A DNA stretch of 56,362 bases, filler included, from Sphacelaria rigidula (Eukaryota): assembly GCA_964200075.2 (NCBI GenBank). It is 6 parts of 6 records of this genome, joined end to end, with 100 filler letters (N's around TTAATTAATTAA, not from the genome) between each part and the next. Parts side by side here need not be neighbours in the genome. Positions count along the whole stretch, not along the records: positions 37,643 to 46,952 come from CAXNAA020008781.1; positions 47,053 to 56,362 come from CAXNAA020008782.1; 4 more parts are not named here. The stretch is one strand, 5' to 3'. Within the stretch, counting starts at the first letter, position 1. Each line of letters begins with the position of its first letter. Shown piece after piece: positions 38,632 through 52,312 of the stretch. Position numbers and translations under genes: made by a program. The notes under the pieces are model-generated. The model did no database searches, was not told where the DNA came from, and saw only the letters and a list, made by a program, of their open reading frames with translations.

Positions 38632-38878
38632 TACACTTTCTGCGATAGTCCCCCCTGAAAAAAGTGCCTGATTTGGGGAGGCAAAATCTTGACGTAAATG
38701 AAAATAGAAAAGGCCGAGCGCAACGAGCAGCTGGGAATTCCCACGCTTGGGGTTCTCGCCAATGTCGCCCATGTGAAGCGCTTCATGTAACCTAGACCCA
38801 CACATCAGGCGCTATATGACCATTTGTTTCGTGACACTTTTGGGCTGGTTCTGGGTGGGGGCTATTGTAGAAAGTGTC
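38632..38878 (-). mobile_element. GACACT-family MITE, second full copy
   Basis: Reverse complement of 17314-17565, flanks CATT / CATC. Confidence 0.88.
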
Positions 38879-40089
38879 CATCGAAATCCATGATCTCGGA
38901 AGCAAACGTAGCGAGAGCAATTGTGACGAGCGCGTTCGTGATGCTCCCAGCATTCCGTAATTCCGGTCCTATAGAAGACATCTACGGACGTGCATTCCCC
39001 ACAAGCGATAGTATTCAGGCTGTTGGATCTTCCACGAGAGATCCACTTTTTCTTGGATCATCAGCCAGCGTGTGATGTGCATTACATCCGCGAACGAAGA
39101 CTGTACAGCGAGCTTACCAGCACAGCGCCCTCGGTTGTTAGTCTTCTGTGGAGCACGATGTTGCAGCGACTGCCGTCTTATCTAGCGATCTCTCGCCCGC
39201 GGGTTACACTTCCCATTGCAGTATTTGTTCTTTCCGTGAGAGTGCTTCTCAGCAGGTTTCCGTTACAGGTTTCGAGAAATACTGCGGCCACCCGCCGTCC
39301 AAATCGTCCTCATTCAAAGGGCCGAGGCTCGTTCGACCCGAAGATCGAGAATCCCGGATGATGTTTTGACCCCGCATTTCTCTCATCACATTCATGTAGT
39401 TAACTCATTTCCTACAACGTTTGTGGTTCGGGTGGGACAATGAAGAACGTTTGAAAGTCTCGCGCCCAAGAGATAGTTTTTTCCAGCTGGCTGCTACTGT
39501 GGATGCCATGGCCACTTTGGCGAAATCCAAGACAAAATGTGTCTGGCACGGGTGCCTTGCTTGGCCCTTGGGCGGCTTCGTGTCTCGGGAAAACGACGGC
39601 CAGGAGGATGATGTCACCTCGGAATAAGGAGCTCTACTGTCTCAAAAAGGCTCCCGGTACACTTTCGTTGGCGGTTTATATTGAACACGGTCAGACATTC
39701 GACCGTGTTCGAGATTTGTTTACCAGCAATGAAGTCCTTAGAGTTGTTTCGCGTTTTCGGACGTTTGTGCAAGGTTTTGGCAGATACTTTTAATTGCAGA
39801 CAGTAGAGCTCGCCTTTCCGAGCTGGAAGAATTCGTTTGGCGGTCTTCTCACAGCACAACCGTCGTCATTCAACGTCTCGTCTGTTCCGCCCGACCTTTG
39901 TGTTTTCTCGATCCCATTGCATCCACATGTCCGATGCAAAATGTACCAAAAAGAGATGAAGTGGTTTCTAGGTAGTTTACGGTCTGATGTTTTTGTCCAA
40001 TCTCCGTACGGGATGTATGCCGCAATCTGGGCTATCCATCTAGGACATCAGACGCATCTGCGATATCCCCCGTTTTTTCACATCTTCTA

Positions 40090-40345
40090 GGTTATTATAT
40101 CCTCCCTTCCTCGGGACGAGTCCATGGTCTCAAAAGATCAATCCACATTTCCCCCCCATGCTCCGTATTTTGGTATCGCGGATTGGATCGTGACTCCCGC
40201 ACGGCGTGGACAGTGGTCTCACAAAGTCAGTCAAAACAAAAAAAAATGCTTCTCACGTTTAACGACGAAAACCAGATAATTCTGAAAAAAGCTAAGCAAA
40301 ACATATCTGGCGCGAATCGAACCCGTGTTTCACCCGACAGCAATG
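40090..40345 (-). mobile_element. SINE family 2, eroded copy
   Basis: Colinear with 56010-56280 (body motif, ttctcacg.ttaacgac, box-B remnant gcgaatcgaacc). Confidence 0.65.
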
Positions 40346-41233
40346 CTACGGTAGGGGTTGCACTTGCTGTTTCTGGATCTCCTTTTTGTAGGGGCCCAAC
40401 TATATGGGGCTTACTGTGCAACCCGAATCTCTGGGGTCGTGACTCCCAGAAACATGGTGTTTGTACGCAGGGGCCTTTTCGTGGATCGGGATCATTTTCA
40501 GTCTTTTTCAAGCAACAATGGTGCTGATTCTCCGAATGATCCATCCAACACCTCAAGCATCCCCGAGAAACGTTTTCGCCAAAAACGTGCAACCTCTACC
40601 GTAGCATTGCTCCTGACCCAACAGTGTCACTTGTACCGCTCGACCACCGGGGCTCTGCGGAGATATGGATATTCCTGTCGGATGTCCATGTGGGAGTACT
40701 CTCAACCTTCTGGGATATAGACATCCCAGGTGGACCTCCCAGATGAACATCCATGCATAGATGCAGAAGATGATATCTAATGAGAGAAATGAACGTGGAA
40801 GGGGAGACTAAAATGAGGGAGTGATCCGCAGGCAATTTCGGCGGGTTGGCGACCGCAGCATGTTATGGTGTTCGATCTCTCTCCGAACTCTGTTCGGTAT
40901 TTCTTGCATGCTCGTCGTTGCTGCATCGCATAAAGTGTTTTATGGCATGCGACCACTCCCGTGGAGGCCGATTCCGATTGGTGTAGAATATGACACCGCG
41001 CCCCGACCATCAAGTTTGCAGTTCGTTGGACAGTGTTGCGGTACAAGTTGGTTTAGACCTTCGCAACTATCATGTACAATACGGATGATCGTCGTAAAAG
41101 ACGCAAGGATAGGCAACTATGGGGGGCAATGAGAGCGAAGTCGATGAATTCTGACGGACTGTGGTAGGTGACTTTGGGGTGAAGGGTTGATCCCCTGACA
41201 CTACGGACTCATACCGAGGGGGGGTGGGAGGGT

Positions 41234-41812
41234 TGTACTCACGATCTTGCATGCCGTAGTCAGAAGGCCGTTGACCTCGTATTCATACAAAGCCGGGAAG
41301 AAGCACGCCGGTTTGTCGCCGGACCAAGCTCGCAATCAATCACCAAGCGCGTAGCGCCGTGATGTGGTCGGCAAGTCGCATGAGGAGTGAGCTGCATCCT
41401 GCTCGGATTGTTCGGCCCGAACCGTACTGGTCATCTTGCTTCTATATGGCAGCCTCGAATGAGGGGTTTAATTTCCTCGTATCGCCACTTCCACAGACAC
41501 CCACGGGTTCCATACTGCCTCAACGATGTCTCAACATTGAAACACTACGTAGTACGATCATCTGCTTTGCGCGGAGTTCAGGTTCTCCACTCAGCATATT
41601 ATGATCTAACTCGGCCACCATCAGGGTTGCCGCAAAATCCATGCATAGCGAAAAAGATATCGGCAACCCGGTTGCCTCGCTTACGCTGTGAGTGGCGTGT
41701 TTTACAGCGTCGTTGCCAACCGAGGCCATCCTCCAAAAGAATGGGGAAGACGCACGCATTTGTTGCTTGCCTGAGTCATTTGACCATTGACCACGCATCT
41801 CTTTCGAGACGG
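41234..41812 (+). repeat. GTACTCAT family: long form (41234-41560) and short form (~41750-41812)
   Basis: Colinear with 5802-6118 and 48401-48463, preceded by a G tract. Confidence 0.82.
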
Positions 41813-41814
41813 AG

Positions 41815-43560
41815 CACCATTCCTACTCCTACTAGAGAAACCTCCAATACTTTGCCGCTCATCGTGTATCTTCCGTACGTTACACACTACTCTGTTACAT
41901 ATCTTATCCTCTTCCCTTCGCCGTCTGTGGCCACCGTCTATCTCATAGTTTAGCCATCGTTTTCTCGCTACTGTTCAATGTATCAAACGATTCCGTGCCC
42001 CCTTCGTTTACTTCCTAAATTTCATCTTCTGACACGTCCCGTTCCTCCTTGTATAGTTCAAACTCTGCTGTTATATAGCTTCTACTTTTTATTGCTTTGT
42101 CACAGGGACAACTTTGTGCATCTCCTTCCTCCTCCACCCGACGACTGGTATGTCTCCTTCTTTTTTCTGGCAGGTCCAGGTCCCCCACCCGAAATCGCAG
42201 TGTCAACGTTCTTGCAGTTATGGTTTCACCATATCCCCTCCCTCCACCCCCCGAATATCTGCAGGAGTTCTTCTTTGTCTATTTCCCGTCTTAGTGCTTC
42301 TTCCCCCTTGTCTTTTCCATGTCTCTTACTTTTCTCTTGCACTCCCCACATTTATCTATGGACATCACCTCGTCTCGGTGTCCTCCAATGTCCTTCCACA
42401 CTCTCTCGGCTACGCTGTTCTACCTTGTTCCAGCCTGCTCTTTCGTTGATATTTTCCATGCAGCCCTATTAACTGTGGCTAGGAATATATTTTTGGGCAT
42501 GTTCGGTACGCTCTACTGCCATTTCAATGTTCTCATGTTTCTGTTTTCTTCAAGTGGGTACACCCCTAATTCCGCTCCCAATGCTGTACAACGCGCCGTT
42601 TTTGAGCATCAACAACTTTCTTAGTTGCTGCCATCTGTTCTGTTTCCAACTGCTTCACCGACTGTTCGTTTCCTTCCCATACTTCTCGTGCATATCCCAG
42701 CTTCGGTACAGTCACACTAATCAGAATGAATCTTTAAATCCTGGCCTCATGGTGCGAGTCTCTCAGGATCACGTCTATCTCGCCTGTCTGTGCCTTACCC
42801 CTCCCTATTCCTCTCTATGTGTATATCCCAGGAACAGTTTTTCCCTCATATCTCTACGCCAAAGTGTGTATGCTCGTCTACGACAGACGACTCCCCTTTC
42901 CCCCGCTTATATTTGAACTCTACCGGGTGCTCCTTATCTTCGTCACGTACAACTACCGCGCATTTGTTTACGTTTGCTGTCATTTTTCATTTCTTATTGT
43001 ATTCTAGCGACTTCTCTATTTGTTTCTGCAATCCTTCTGGTGTTTCTGATATCCCTACAAAATCATCCGCGAATACCAATCCCAATACCGCATCTTCCCC
43101 CACTTCAACTCCCTTGCTTTGCAGCTTCTATTGAAATTATCACATGATTAACAAGTACCTTGCAAAAGTGGGCGATAACGTACATCCTTGTGCAACTCCT
43201 TGTGAAATATCAAAATCTTCCCCCATCTAGCATCATGGCACTTCTCGCACATTCTGTCATCGTATTCACCATCCTCCACATCTCTCCTCTGATGATCCCA
43301 CATCATTTTTCACAGACCTTCTGTGCGTCGAGAAGATACAGTACGTTGTTAGCCCGGCGTCCTTCCTACCTTGAACAACCTCACCTAACTTATACACATG
43401 GTCAACGCGGCTCTGGTTTGGTGTGAACCCTGCTTGCCCTTAGCTGATAGTTTGTTAATCTTCTCTGGCATCATTCCCTCTCTATCGTTGAGAATACTAC
43501 ACAATATTTCCCCTGAGGTGCTCAGTAACGTTATCCCTCTGAACTCTCCCATCCCGAGGA
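41815..43560 (-). mobile_element. Degenerate LINE (non-LTR) reverse transcriptase, 5'-truncated
   Basis: FRGITLLSTSGEILCSILNDR, then GVAQGCTLSP-like and IEAAKQGVEVGEDAVLGLVFADDFVGISETPEGLQKQIEK (catalytic FADD at ~43063-43074). Frameshifted. Confidence 0.92.
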
Positions 43561-43739
43561 GGCGGTGGGGGTGAGGAGGATGAACCCAAAACGCAAATAC
43601 AGCACAAATGTGACCACAGGTACGGGGGCGAAAGGAACAAACGGCTCCCAGCTGGATCAGATGAGGAGCTGATAGTTTGAAACTCGTTCGCGATTTTTCC
43701 ATCAACCTGTCCAACATACACAACATGTTTGCCCCTTGT

Positions 43740-43902
43740 AACAAATATATCACGATTTTTCCGGAGAGCGCTGGTTTCTTTCTTTTACACGTACTATCGT
43801 AAGTTTTTCTTTTCAAATTTAATTGTCGCACTTTGAACCCCTCCCCTTCCTCGGGATGAATCCGTGGTTTCAAGGGATCAACCCACTTCTCTCCCGGTAC
43901 GT
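43740..43902 (-). mobile_element. SINE family 2 body fragment
   Basis: ttgtcgcactttgaacccctccccttcctcgggatgaatccgtggtttcaagggatcaaccc matches 33829-33890. Confidence 0.65.
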
Positions 43903-45088
43903 ACAGGCTCAAATTCCATTCCGTTTCTTTCGTCTTGCTTGTTGATTATTACGATTGCCCATCACTGTTCTTCAGTAGCACTGCGTGGTGTACAGTGTGT
44001 AAGCGTTGTCTCGCTTTGCTTATCTCAAGATGAACGGTTGGTGGAAACAGTGACGAGGTGCTTCACCAGCCGTCCCTCCGCGGGATCGCCGATAGCGGGG
44101 GGCGATGGGCTTTCGGAACACCGATACCTGGAATCGGTGCCTAGCAGGGGTGAGTGTCTCGTTTAGTCGCTTTTAATGATCAGTATGTTTTTCTTGATTT
44201 TGTTTTCTACACGACTCTGCGCTTGCCTGCCCACCTTGTCACCTCCGCTGTTTAGGAAACGTTCCGGCATTAGCCATGAAGTTTCCCGTACATCACAGAA
44301 TCGTGACCAAATCCGTCGGGGTAGTTTTTCTTCATTTTCAGGTGAATTCCGTCTTCCCGGTGGAGTTCGCCACACTTTTGATTTTTTTTCTTTTCTTTTC
44401 CCGGTACATTAAAAGATGGGGAAAATTCCCCACTCCAGAGGAAGAACAGGGCTAATCCCTCGATGATGGCGCGCGAGTATTCAGACGTTTCCTGAAGCGC
44501 ACGAGGCCGATATTTCCTGTTCGATTCCACGTATGGAGGCTGCATGCCACATCAAATGATGAATCCCACTGCCTGATCTCTCGAAAAATTACCGCTTTAG
44601 TCATCTTCCGCATCATTTCTAGCCCAAAACGAGAGTTGGAGGAATTCCACCTCGAACTGGCTTTCTGTGCTGTCTGAGGGAACTCCGGAGCACCTTATAT
44701 TCTCCCCAGCGTGTGCTGTTTGATTTTTTCCCGCAGTAGCATTCTCCTAGACAAGCAGTCGACGCTCCGAAAGAACGTGAGATGTCGGCGTGTTTCTACT
44801 AATCGGTGGTGTTGGCGTTCAAAGGAAGACAATAATCATGCGCTTCAAAGTCGAACTCCGTGCAACCCGCATAGAGCGGAAGTGTGCCGGAGTCCTCTCG
44901 GGTAGTAGAGCTAGTAGTCCTCCCGAGGTGATAAAATCCTCCTCTTGTGTTCCCATTCTCGAGGCGACAACGCCATGGAAGAGCCAAAGAGCCATTCTTC
45001 CCGCCATTTTCATCTTTCGAATCGTGCGAGGTGGTCAGAATGATCGAACTCATTTGGTAAGGGTGACATACTCTTGCCACCTGCTCAA

Positions 45089-45319
45089 CCCTTCTAGAGT
45101 TCGCAAAAAACGGTACAAACTCTCATACGCGAGCTTTCGTCACCGGAAAACGTTACTTCGAGCTCGGTGCAGGAATCAGTCACACTAGAATACTTGAACT
45201 TAGAGTGGTGCACTGTTTTGGTAGGCTGTGTCATCAACGCTTGCAGGAAAATAAGCATATCTTACCCAAGAAAACGTCAACTGCAAATCGTGATTTTGCC
45301 GTCAACGGTTCCAGAAGGG
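45089..45319. mobile_element. piggyBac-like MITE, second copy
   Basis: TCAA-CCCTTCTAGA ... GGTTCCAGAAGGG-TTTA, colinear with 16692-16933. Confidence 0.75.
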
Positions 45320-48165
45320 TTTATGGTATTGGGTAATCTAAAATCGCTAACGGTGCAAACTGGCTGTGTGGGTACTTTGTATCTCTCCATTGTCGATATT
45401 CGAACGAGGATGCCATAAGTGAACTCATGGACGTCGCTGGCATTGAGCTCATATCGTTCCCTAGAAGACTCATGTTGGGACATATTGGTCAGTGTGCCGT
45501 TCTCTATTTGTGGCCGGAAAATACTTGCGACAGGGACTTGAGGAGGCAAGCGGAAGCGCTCGGTAGACGAGAGGCCGAGCATATCAAAGCGAGAGGCAGT
45601 CCCTTTGCGACTGTCAGTCGCGACGAGGCCCAGGAGGTATAGCTCGAGGAGGCACAGGGCAGGCACCGGCGTCTTGAACGCAGAGATCGGCAGAAGGTTA
45701 TCCGGGTAATGAAATTACCAGCCTGGAATTCGCAGACACCTGTGCTGGTCGCTCAACGTGGCGGAAGGTGTGCGTTTGAAGATGATACGTGGTGATCGGG
45801 ACCTTTCACGAAGATCTGACTTTGTCTCTTAAGGGAGCGTACGTTCAAACTGTGTCCCATGAAAAGGATGGAAGGGGTGAGGGGATGGGGGGTGGTATAC
45901 TCTCCGTCGCCCGGGGTGATGGTAATCCGCGGTATCGTTATTGCAGTCTCCAGTGGCAGGGAATCTTGGATTTCGTCGTGTATGGTGGCTGTTGGTTGAT
46001 CATGTCGCTTTCTGGGCAAGTTCGGTCAACTTGCCGTTGTGTGTGTGTTGGTGTCCCGGAAGTCATGGTGTAGTAGGGGTGCTGGTGTTTTTCTCTAATG
46101 GCCCATCGTGGGTGTGTTGGTGTTCCGAAAGGGATGGTGCAGCAGGGGCGCTGCTCTATGTTTTCAGGATCCTTCGTGTGTGTATGTGTGCGTGTGTGTT
46201 CGTTCTTGACTTTTGTTGTCTGCGCCTCTTCGGTGTTGACACCAAACCGGGTGAGTCAACATGCTGCGCAAAACGTTGACGAGTAATGTTGTTATGTTCC
46301 GTAGTAGAACACAATAAATGCTCGATACGCCATATTCCATGCTGTTTGTTTTTGGGTGGGTGGGCCAGTACTGGTGTACGGCACAAATGTGACATATACT
46401 CCGTCATGTACAATGTTGGGGTACGACGACGACGACGGGACGAGGTAGCCCACTGCGATATGATCTCGACTGCGGCAAACTACGGAGCGGAGCAACATGA
46501 TCCTGTCTTGAGTGCTCTGTACTAGGAAGCGCCGGCACCCGTCTGAGAGGCTTGGTGTGATCGCGATCGAAAACTAGCGATAAACAGGACAAGCAGAGCA
46601 GGCGGTTGTTGCCGGGTAAATGATTAGTGCATGCAATTTGCAAAGCTTGGCGTTTTGGCGTCACTATGTTTTTTGTCTCGAAGTATCCCTGTTACACAGG
46701 CTCCACGTCTACTGATGAATACATAGGCCTTAACCTACTGTAGTCTTGTATCGTGGCATGAGATAAGTGGTTCAGTTCCCGAACTATGTGCATGCTGGGA
46801 ACGTGCACTGCCAGCTGTTCATTTTGCTTCGCCTCCCTACGGTGACTAAGCGACCAAAGGTTGCCAGAGACGTGAGGGATAATCAGTACGCTTCGGGCCG
46901 AACAACCTCAGCAGGATGCAGCTCACCCTTCATGCGACTCGCCGAACACACCNNNNNNNNNNNNNNNNNNNNNNNNNNNNNNNNNNNNNNNNNNNNTTAA
47001 TTAATTAANNNNNNNNNNNNNNNNNNNNNNNNNNNNNNNNNNNNNNNNNNNNACAGCGACACCCGACCCCTCCCCCATCACCCTTCACGGCGCTCTGCGG
47101 AGGGGGGGGGGGGGGGGGGGGGGGGGCTATCATAGAAAGTGTCGAATTTTGTCGTACGTTCAAAAACGACGACTTGTACTCTCTCTGCGATACCGGTACC
47201 GCAAGAAAGTAACACGGGATCATCGTAAACTAAAACTAAACCGCGATCATGCAACATGTATGAGAACACTTGAAGTCCCTTTCATAACACAAACGCCACA
47301 CCGAGTGATTCATACCGTCATTTATTTATTTCGGCGTAGATTGATGCGCTCGGAGTACTTCCAACTACCGTCTGAATTGACACAGGTGCTCGGCCGCCTT
47401 GTCTTCGCTGATGAAAGCGTGATTGGCGTCGGGAGTTCTTGACCAAGGTTCTTATCGCTATTCAGGTCCCAAAACTCCTGATTTTGTCGATTGGGTGACG
47501 AGGGCATTTCTTGTTCAGGTGTTTCGTTCCGACGTCGGCGAGTTGCTGCTCCGTGATATCGGAGAATCGCTGCTCCGTGGATATGTCGTAGATGTTGATC
47601 TTCCCCTCCTTCACCATATCGCGAATGTAGAAGAGTGGTAAGGTTACTTGTTTCGTGCGAGCACTGAAAGTCCGGTTGCCGATGACGTGAAACGTTGCCG
47701 TGTTGTCGATATACAGCGGTACGGTGTCAAACTCCTTCATTATATTCGAGCAGAATACAGCCTCTTTCATCGCCAGGGTCGCAACCACCATTTCGGCTTC
47801 CATCGTCGACATGGCCGTGAGACTCTGCCCTTCCGACGTAAAGCTCACCGCGGCCTTCGCTACCCTCGTGATGTACGATGACATCGACTTGCTGTTGTCG
47901 GGGTTGTTGCCAAAGGAGGAGTCCGACCACCCTTTGAAGATATTATCATGATGTACGATGACATCGACTTGCTGTTGTCGGGGTTGTTGCCCCAATAGGC
48001 GTCCGAATCTCTGTGAGGACAAATCCTCCCTTCTTGAATGTGATAATAGAGTCCGTTGTGCCGGCGAGGCATCGAAGAAGATGCTTTGCAGCAGCCATGT
48101 GAATATTCGAAGGTTTTGATATGGCCTGAGCGAGCTGGCTAGTGACGTACATGCAGTCGTAGCGG

Positions 48166-48483
48166 ATTCTACGATAGCCCCCTGCAAAACCAGCCCAAAA
48201 GTGTCACGAAAAGCGTGGACATACAGCGCCTGATGCGTGGAGTTCAGGCCGCATGAAGCGCCTCATATGGGCGACATTGGCGAAAACGAACCCAAACGTG
48301 GGAATCCCCAGCTGCTCGTTATCCTCGGCTTTTTCCATTTCGATTTGCGTGAAGATTTTGCCTCCCCAAACTAGGCACGTTTTTTTCTTTGGGGGGGGGG
48401 GCGTACTCATTTGTTGCTTGCCTTAGTCGCTCGACCATTGACCACGCATCCCTTTCGAAACGGATTTTGTTTTGGGGGGGGGG
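48166..48483 (+). mobile_element. GACACT-family MITE (ends clipped) fused to a short GTACTCAT repeat, replacing the copia RT core
   Basis: 48166-48400 matches 17320-17550. 48401-48463 matches 30481-30543 (reverse complement). Confidence 0.85.
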
Positions 48484-51400
48484 CTAGACCCAACCGCTTT
48501 CACTCCCGAGGGAAGTTTGGAGAACGGTATGAAGGAGTAGACCCCGAGCTCCTGGAGACTCTTCATGTCCTTGTTGGACACAGGTTTCCAGTGTTGTGCT
48601 TCCGGTAGCCTCATGGCCTTCTTAGAGGTGTTTGGTATTCTGGTCACCTTCTCCCCGTCCGAACAGCTCTGTAGTTAGGTATTGGTGGCGGCGAGGGCGT
48701 ACTCCACGAAACTGGGAGTGTCCTCGTGATGCACGATCTCCACCACCACCTCCTTGATGTAGGATGCTAGAGAACTCAGGGCTAATGCCGAGATAGCCCC
48801 CCACAAAACGTGCACCGGAGACCGTCCGACAAACCGGCTGCGATCCCACTGTTGGGCTCGTTTACAGCAATTTCACCCCCATGAGAGGCGTGTGGCAGCT
48901 CGAAATCAGCTGTAAGGCCCAAATGAGTCGCGTCGTGCAGCACGGGACCAGCTCTGACGGCATTTATGATCATCGCCTCCGCGCATTTTTTTGGCCAATT
49001 CGGAGGGGGGCTATCTCAGCAGCAGTCTCAGTTCGCGCAAAGTTGCCGCGCTAACCCCGTCGACGCTCATGCTGGAATTGGAGACTGGCCGCTCGATCGG
49101 ATTGCCGGGCGTACCGACGCACTCGATTCTCTGCCGGGAAGCGTGCTCCGCGTCCAGGAACACGAGGTACCTGCCGCAGTAGTGGACGAAGACGTCCCCT
49201 CTGAGGTAGATGGAGATGCTCGTCTGGATTCTACATCCGGCATAACTTCCGTCGGCGATTCTCTTCTTGGCGATGCAGGCCCCGACCCGAAGCGTAGGTC
49301 TAGATCACGAACGGTAACGTCACGGATATTTTGCAGAATGTCCCGAGGTTTGTGGCTATCCGACCCCGAGAAGCCAATCCCCACGATGTGGTTGAGTGGT
49401 GAATCGAGGTATGGCCGTGAAGTGTAGTTGCTGGCATCTCTCACAAGTTTATCGTGATCCTGGTACGTGATATCAGTGTCGTTGAAATTTCCCGTCAGGT
49501 TCGGATTTCTCAGGGTAGACACAGGTATCGGGATATAAATGACGTTGATGTTTCCCCTGATGTTGTTCTTGGTCGATTGTAAATCTAACACGACTTGCTG
49601 TACATACTGTACTCACAAAGCTATCCTTCCCAGGCCTATGGGTCGAGCTTCTTGGTGCGCATTTCAACGTGAACTAACGCCCTGGCGTCGATGCCCCGAA
49701 TATATCCAAGGTTTCCCTCGCTGTAAATGCATTCGTACGGCACCATGTTTCCCAGCGCTGCATGCCGCACCCTCTTTGCTAGGCATGCCGTGGTTTGCAT
49801 AAGTTTTCCCCAGAGAAACTTCGGCAGGCCGGAGTCCGTGAGATGGCAGCGTACGATTCCGGCGAGAGTCCTCCCGTCACGCTCGCGAGCACCGTTGTAC
49901 TGCGGTATGTTTGTGTTACATGCCACTCTGGAGACAGTAGTCTTTGAACGCACCACCGATGTACCCTCCACCTCTATCCCTTAGGAGGTGTTCCACTCGC
50001 GATCACCGCGGAACTACGAGCGCTTGAACGAACATTTTGAGCGGGTCAATGGAGTCGCTTTTGTCCTCGATGAAAAATATCTCCTTCGACTCGAACGGAC
50101 GGGTCACGTCGTGGGTTGCCTCCTTAGAGTGAGTTTATCGTGTGTTTTCCCGATGGCATAGATATCGCGAGCTGACTGGTGCTTAACGCCGTTGTCATCC
50201 ATCTTCTTCATAATATTAATATCCAGTCTCCTGCGGGTGACGTGTCCTAAGGGTCGGTGCCACAGGTGCGCCGATTTTGCTACCGTGGCCATTTCTACTG
50301 ATTTGCCGCCCAGGTCGAATGAAAAGAAGTACAACACTTCGTCATTCCCAAGCCGCTATAACGGTAGAGTGATACTTTCTTTCTTTATGTGCGGTTAAAC
50401 AGAGTAAAAAAGGGATCAGCTGTCATGCCCCATACCGCAGCTACAGAAAATAGGTGCCGTCTCAGACCAGGCACAATTATGACCGAGAATCCAAGCAGGC
50501 GCTTCTTTCCGTCTCGGTCGGTGACGGCACCAGAAATGGTGCCCGTCGCGATGTCTTCCACGACACGGTTTCCAGCGGTAACAATCCTATGAGACTGTTT
50601 CAGCTCCGCGTAATTTGTCATCCGCAATTGAATTCCGCGGGCGAGCTCGCCGTCAAGGTATTTTCTAGATGTACCGCTCTCGACCAGCATAATCAGTGAT
50701 GCGCTGTTGATGCCATCCCCGTTGTCCTCCACTGAACCCAAAGTTCTTGGCGTCGCCATATAAGACTCCCCATCCGAAATTTCCTCAAACGCCCCGAGTA
50801 ATCCCAGAACATCCGCAGTCCGTTCCTCAAATATTTCGAACCGCGATGATCCAAGAATGAGGACTGACTCGTCGGGCTCCGCTGGCTTGCTGGACTTCTC
50901 CGTGACTGTCGCGAGTGTAGCCCCGGCAGGTATGAGTGAGTTGCAAAACGTTGGCTGTCTGAGCTGTGCTTCTAGCTTGTTCTTTTTTCGTAGCCTTCTG
51001 CTTGAGGCACTGTTCGCCGCTGCGACTATTTGTCTTGTGTAAAGAGCACTACTTGAACGTTCCGTCTCCTTCGTTCTTTCAGTAACTCTACTGCTGCTTC
51101 TGCTGTTGGCGGTGCTCCCACGATCGCTGCCGCAGAGGTTCAGGGCAATGCGCTGCAACGGTATCCGTATTTGTCGCAGTTACAGCCCTGGATGACACTG
51201 AGGCTGCCACGCGTCGCCCGCATGGCCAATCCGCGACCCGTGTTAATAGACGTTGGAGGCACACGAGAAAGGTTGTCGATGAACACGTCCCGCACTGTGG
51301 ACTTCATCTCCTCCAACCCGTAGTTGCGGTCGCGGAAGCTGGTCTGTCGCACAAAGTCGTAATCGTTGGTAATGGGGAGCAGAAATACGCCCTAATATCT

Positions 51401-51975
51401 CTTGTCAGAGACCACCTCTCCAATGCCATGCACTCGGGTCCAAAGGTCGTCCATTTTGTAGAAGACGTCCTCCGGCTCCTGCCCGTGCTGCATCTTTGTG
51501 CACAGCTCGTCGTAGCACGCTCGTGGCGTCTCTCTTGTATAGTTGTCATAGTTGCCCGCAAGAGCTTTCCAGTCAGTCAGCTATGCCATCCCCGAGTCCC
51601 TTTCCCTGCTTTCGACCCTCGTACTGTCGCACGAGGATACTCGCTGACCCGGTTGTGGTGAGATACAGAATAAAAAAGAGGTCTTGGTTTCCACGCTGCC
51701 ATTTTTCCACAGCTTGCGCGATTGGTGCAGGCTGTCCTGCCGTGTCGCTCAGCAGCTGCCCTTCTACAGGCTCCGAGCACTCCTTCCCCCCCAAAATATC
51801 GAAGAGGAGCCTGTTCGAAGAGTTGATTACCATCCAAACCTTTGACTGCTATTCGCGGAACGTTATTCTCCTCCCTTCGAACTTATGGATTGACCCCAGA
51901 GTCACTTGTACGTTTAATGTTTGTTCCATCATGTCGCAGCGGCTTCAACGGTAGAACTCTCGAAGCATCAGGCCA

Positions 51976-52312
51976 GGTCCTAGGCACGATTTCAGCGCCC
52001 CGAGATTTTGAAAATACTCGGCGCGCCAATGTCGTGCTGTTGGGATCTCGCTGCTACACGTCGAGTGTACTGGTTTCTAACGGCTGTACCCTAGCTTCTC
52101 TCGCTAAGTACAGTCGTGTCTTGGTCTAAGCAAACGCTGCTAGAGACCAAATCGTAAGCACGAGTTCAACCCTCCGAGATTGTGAATATACTCGACGCGC
52201 AATGTGCTTTCAGATTCCGTTGCTACACGTCGTACGTATAGGCGTTCACGGCTGCAGCTAGCTGCAGCCGCCCCCCTCCCCTGGCAAACTGGTAAAGTCC
52301 TAGGCACGATTA
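51976..52312. repeat. Diverged tandem repeat in the copia 5' leader (two units of ~150-175 bp plus the start of a third)
   Basis: gcacga.ttca...ccgagatt.tgaa.atactcg.cgcgc.aatgt...tgctacacgtcg twice, and gtcctaggcacgatt at ~51977 and ~52297. Confidence 0.75.

Noticed and set aside
41978..43134. Several overlapping plus-strand ORFs of 100-164 aa
   Set aside because: Antisense shadows of the purine-rich LINE RT on the minus strand.
43990..44700. Third gypsy RT remnant (GLVRFRKRLN, LVKHLVTV)
   Set aside because: Only faint motif echoes and no catalytic motif found. Insufficient to annotate.
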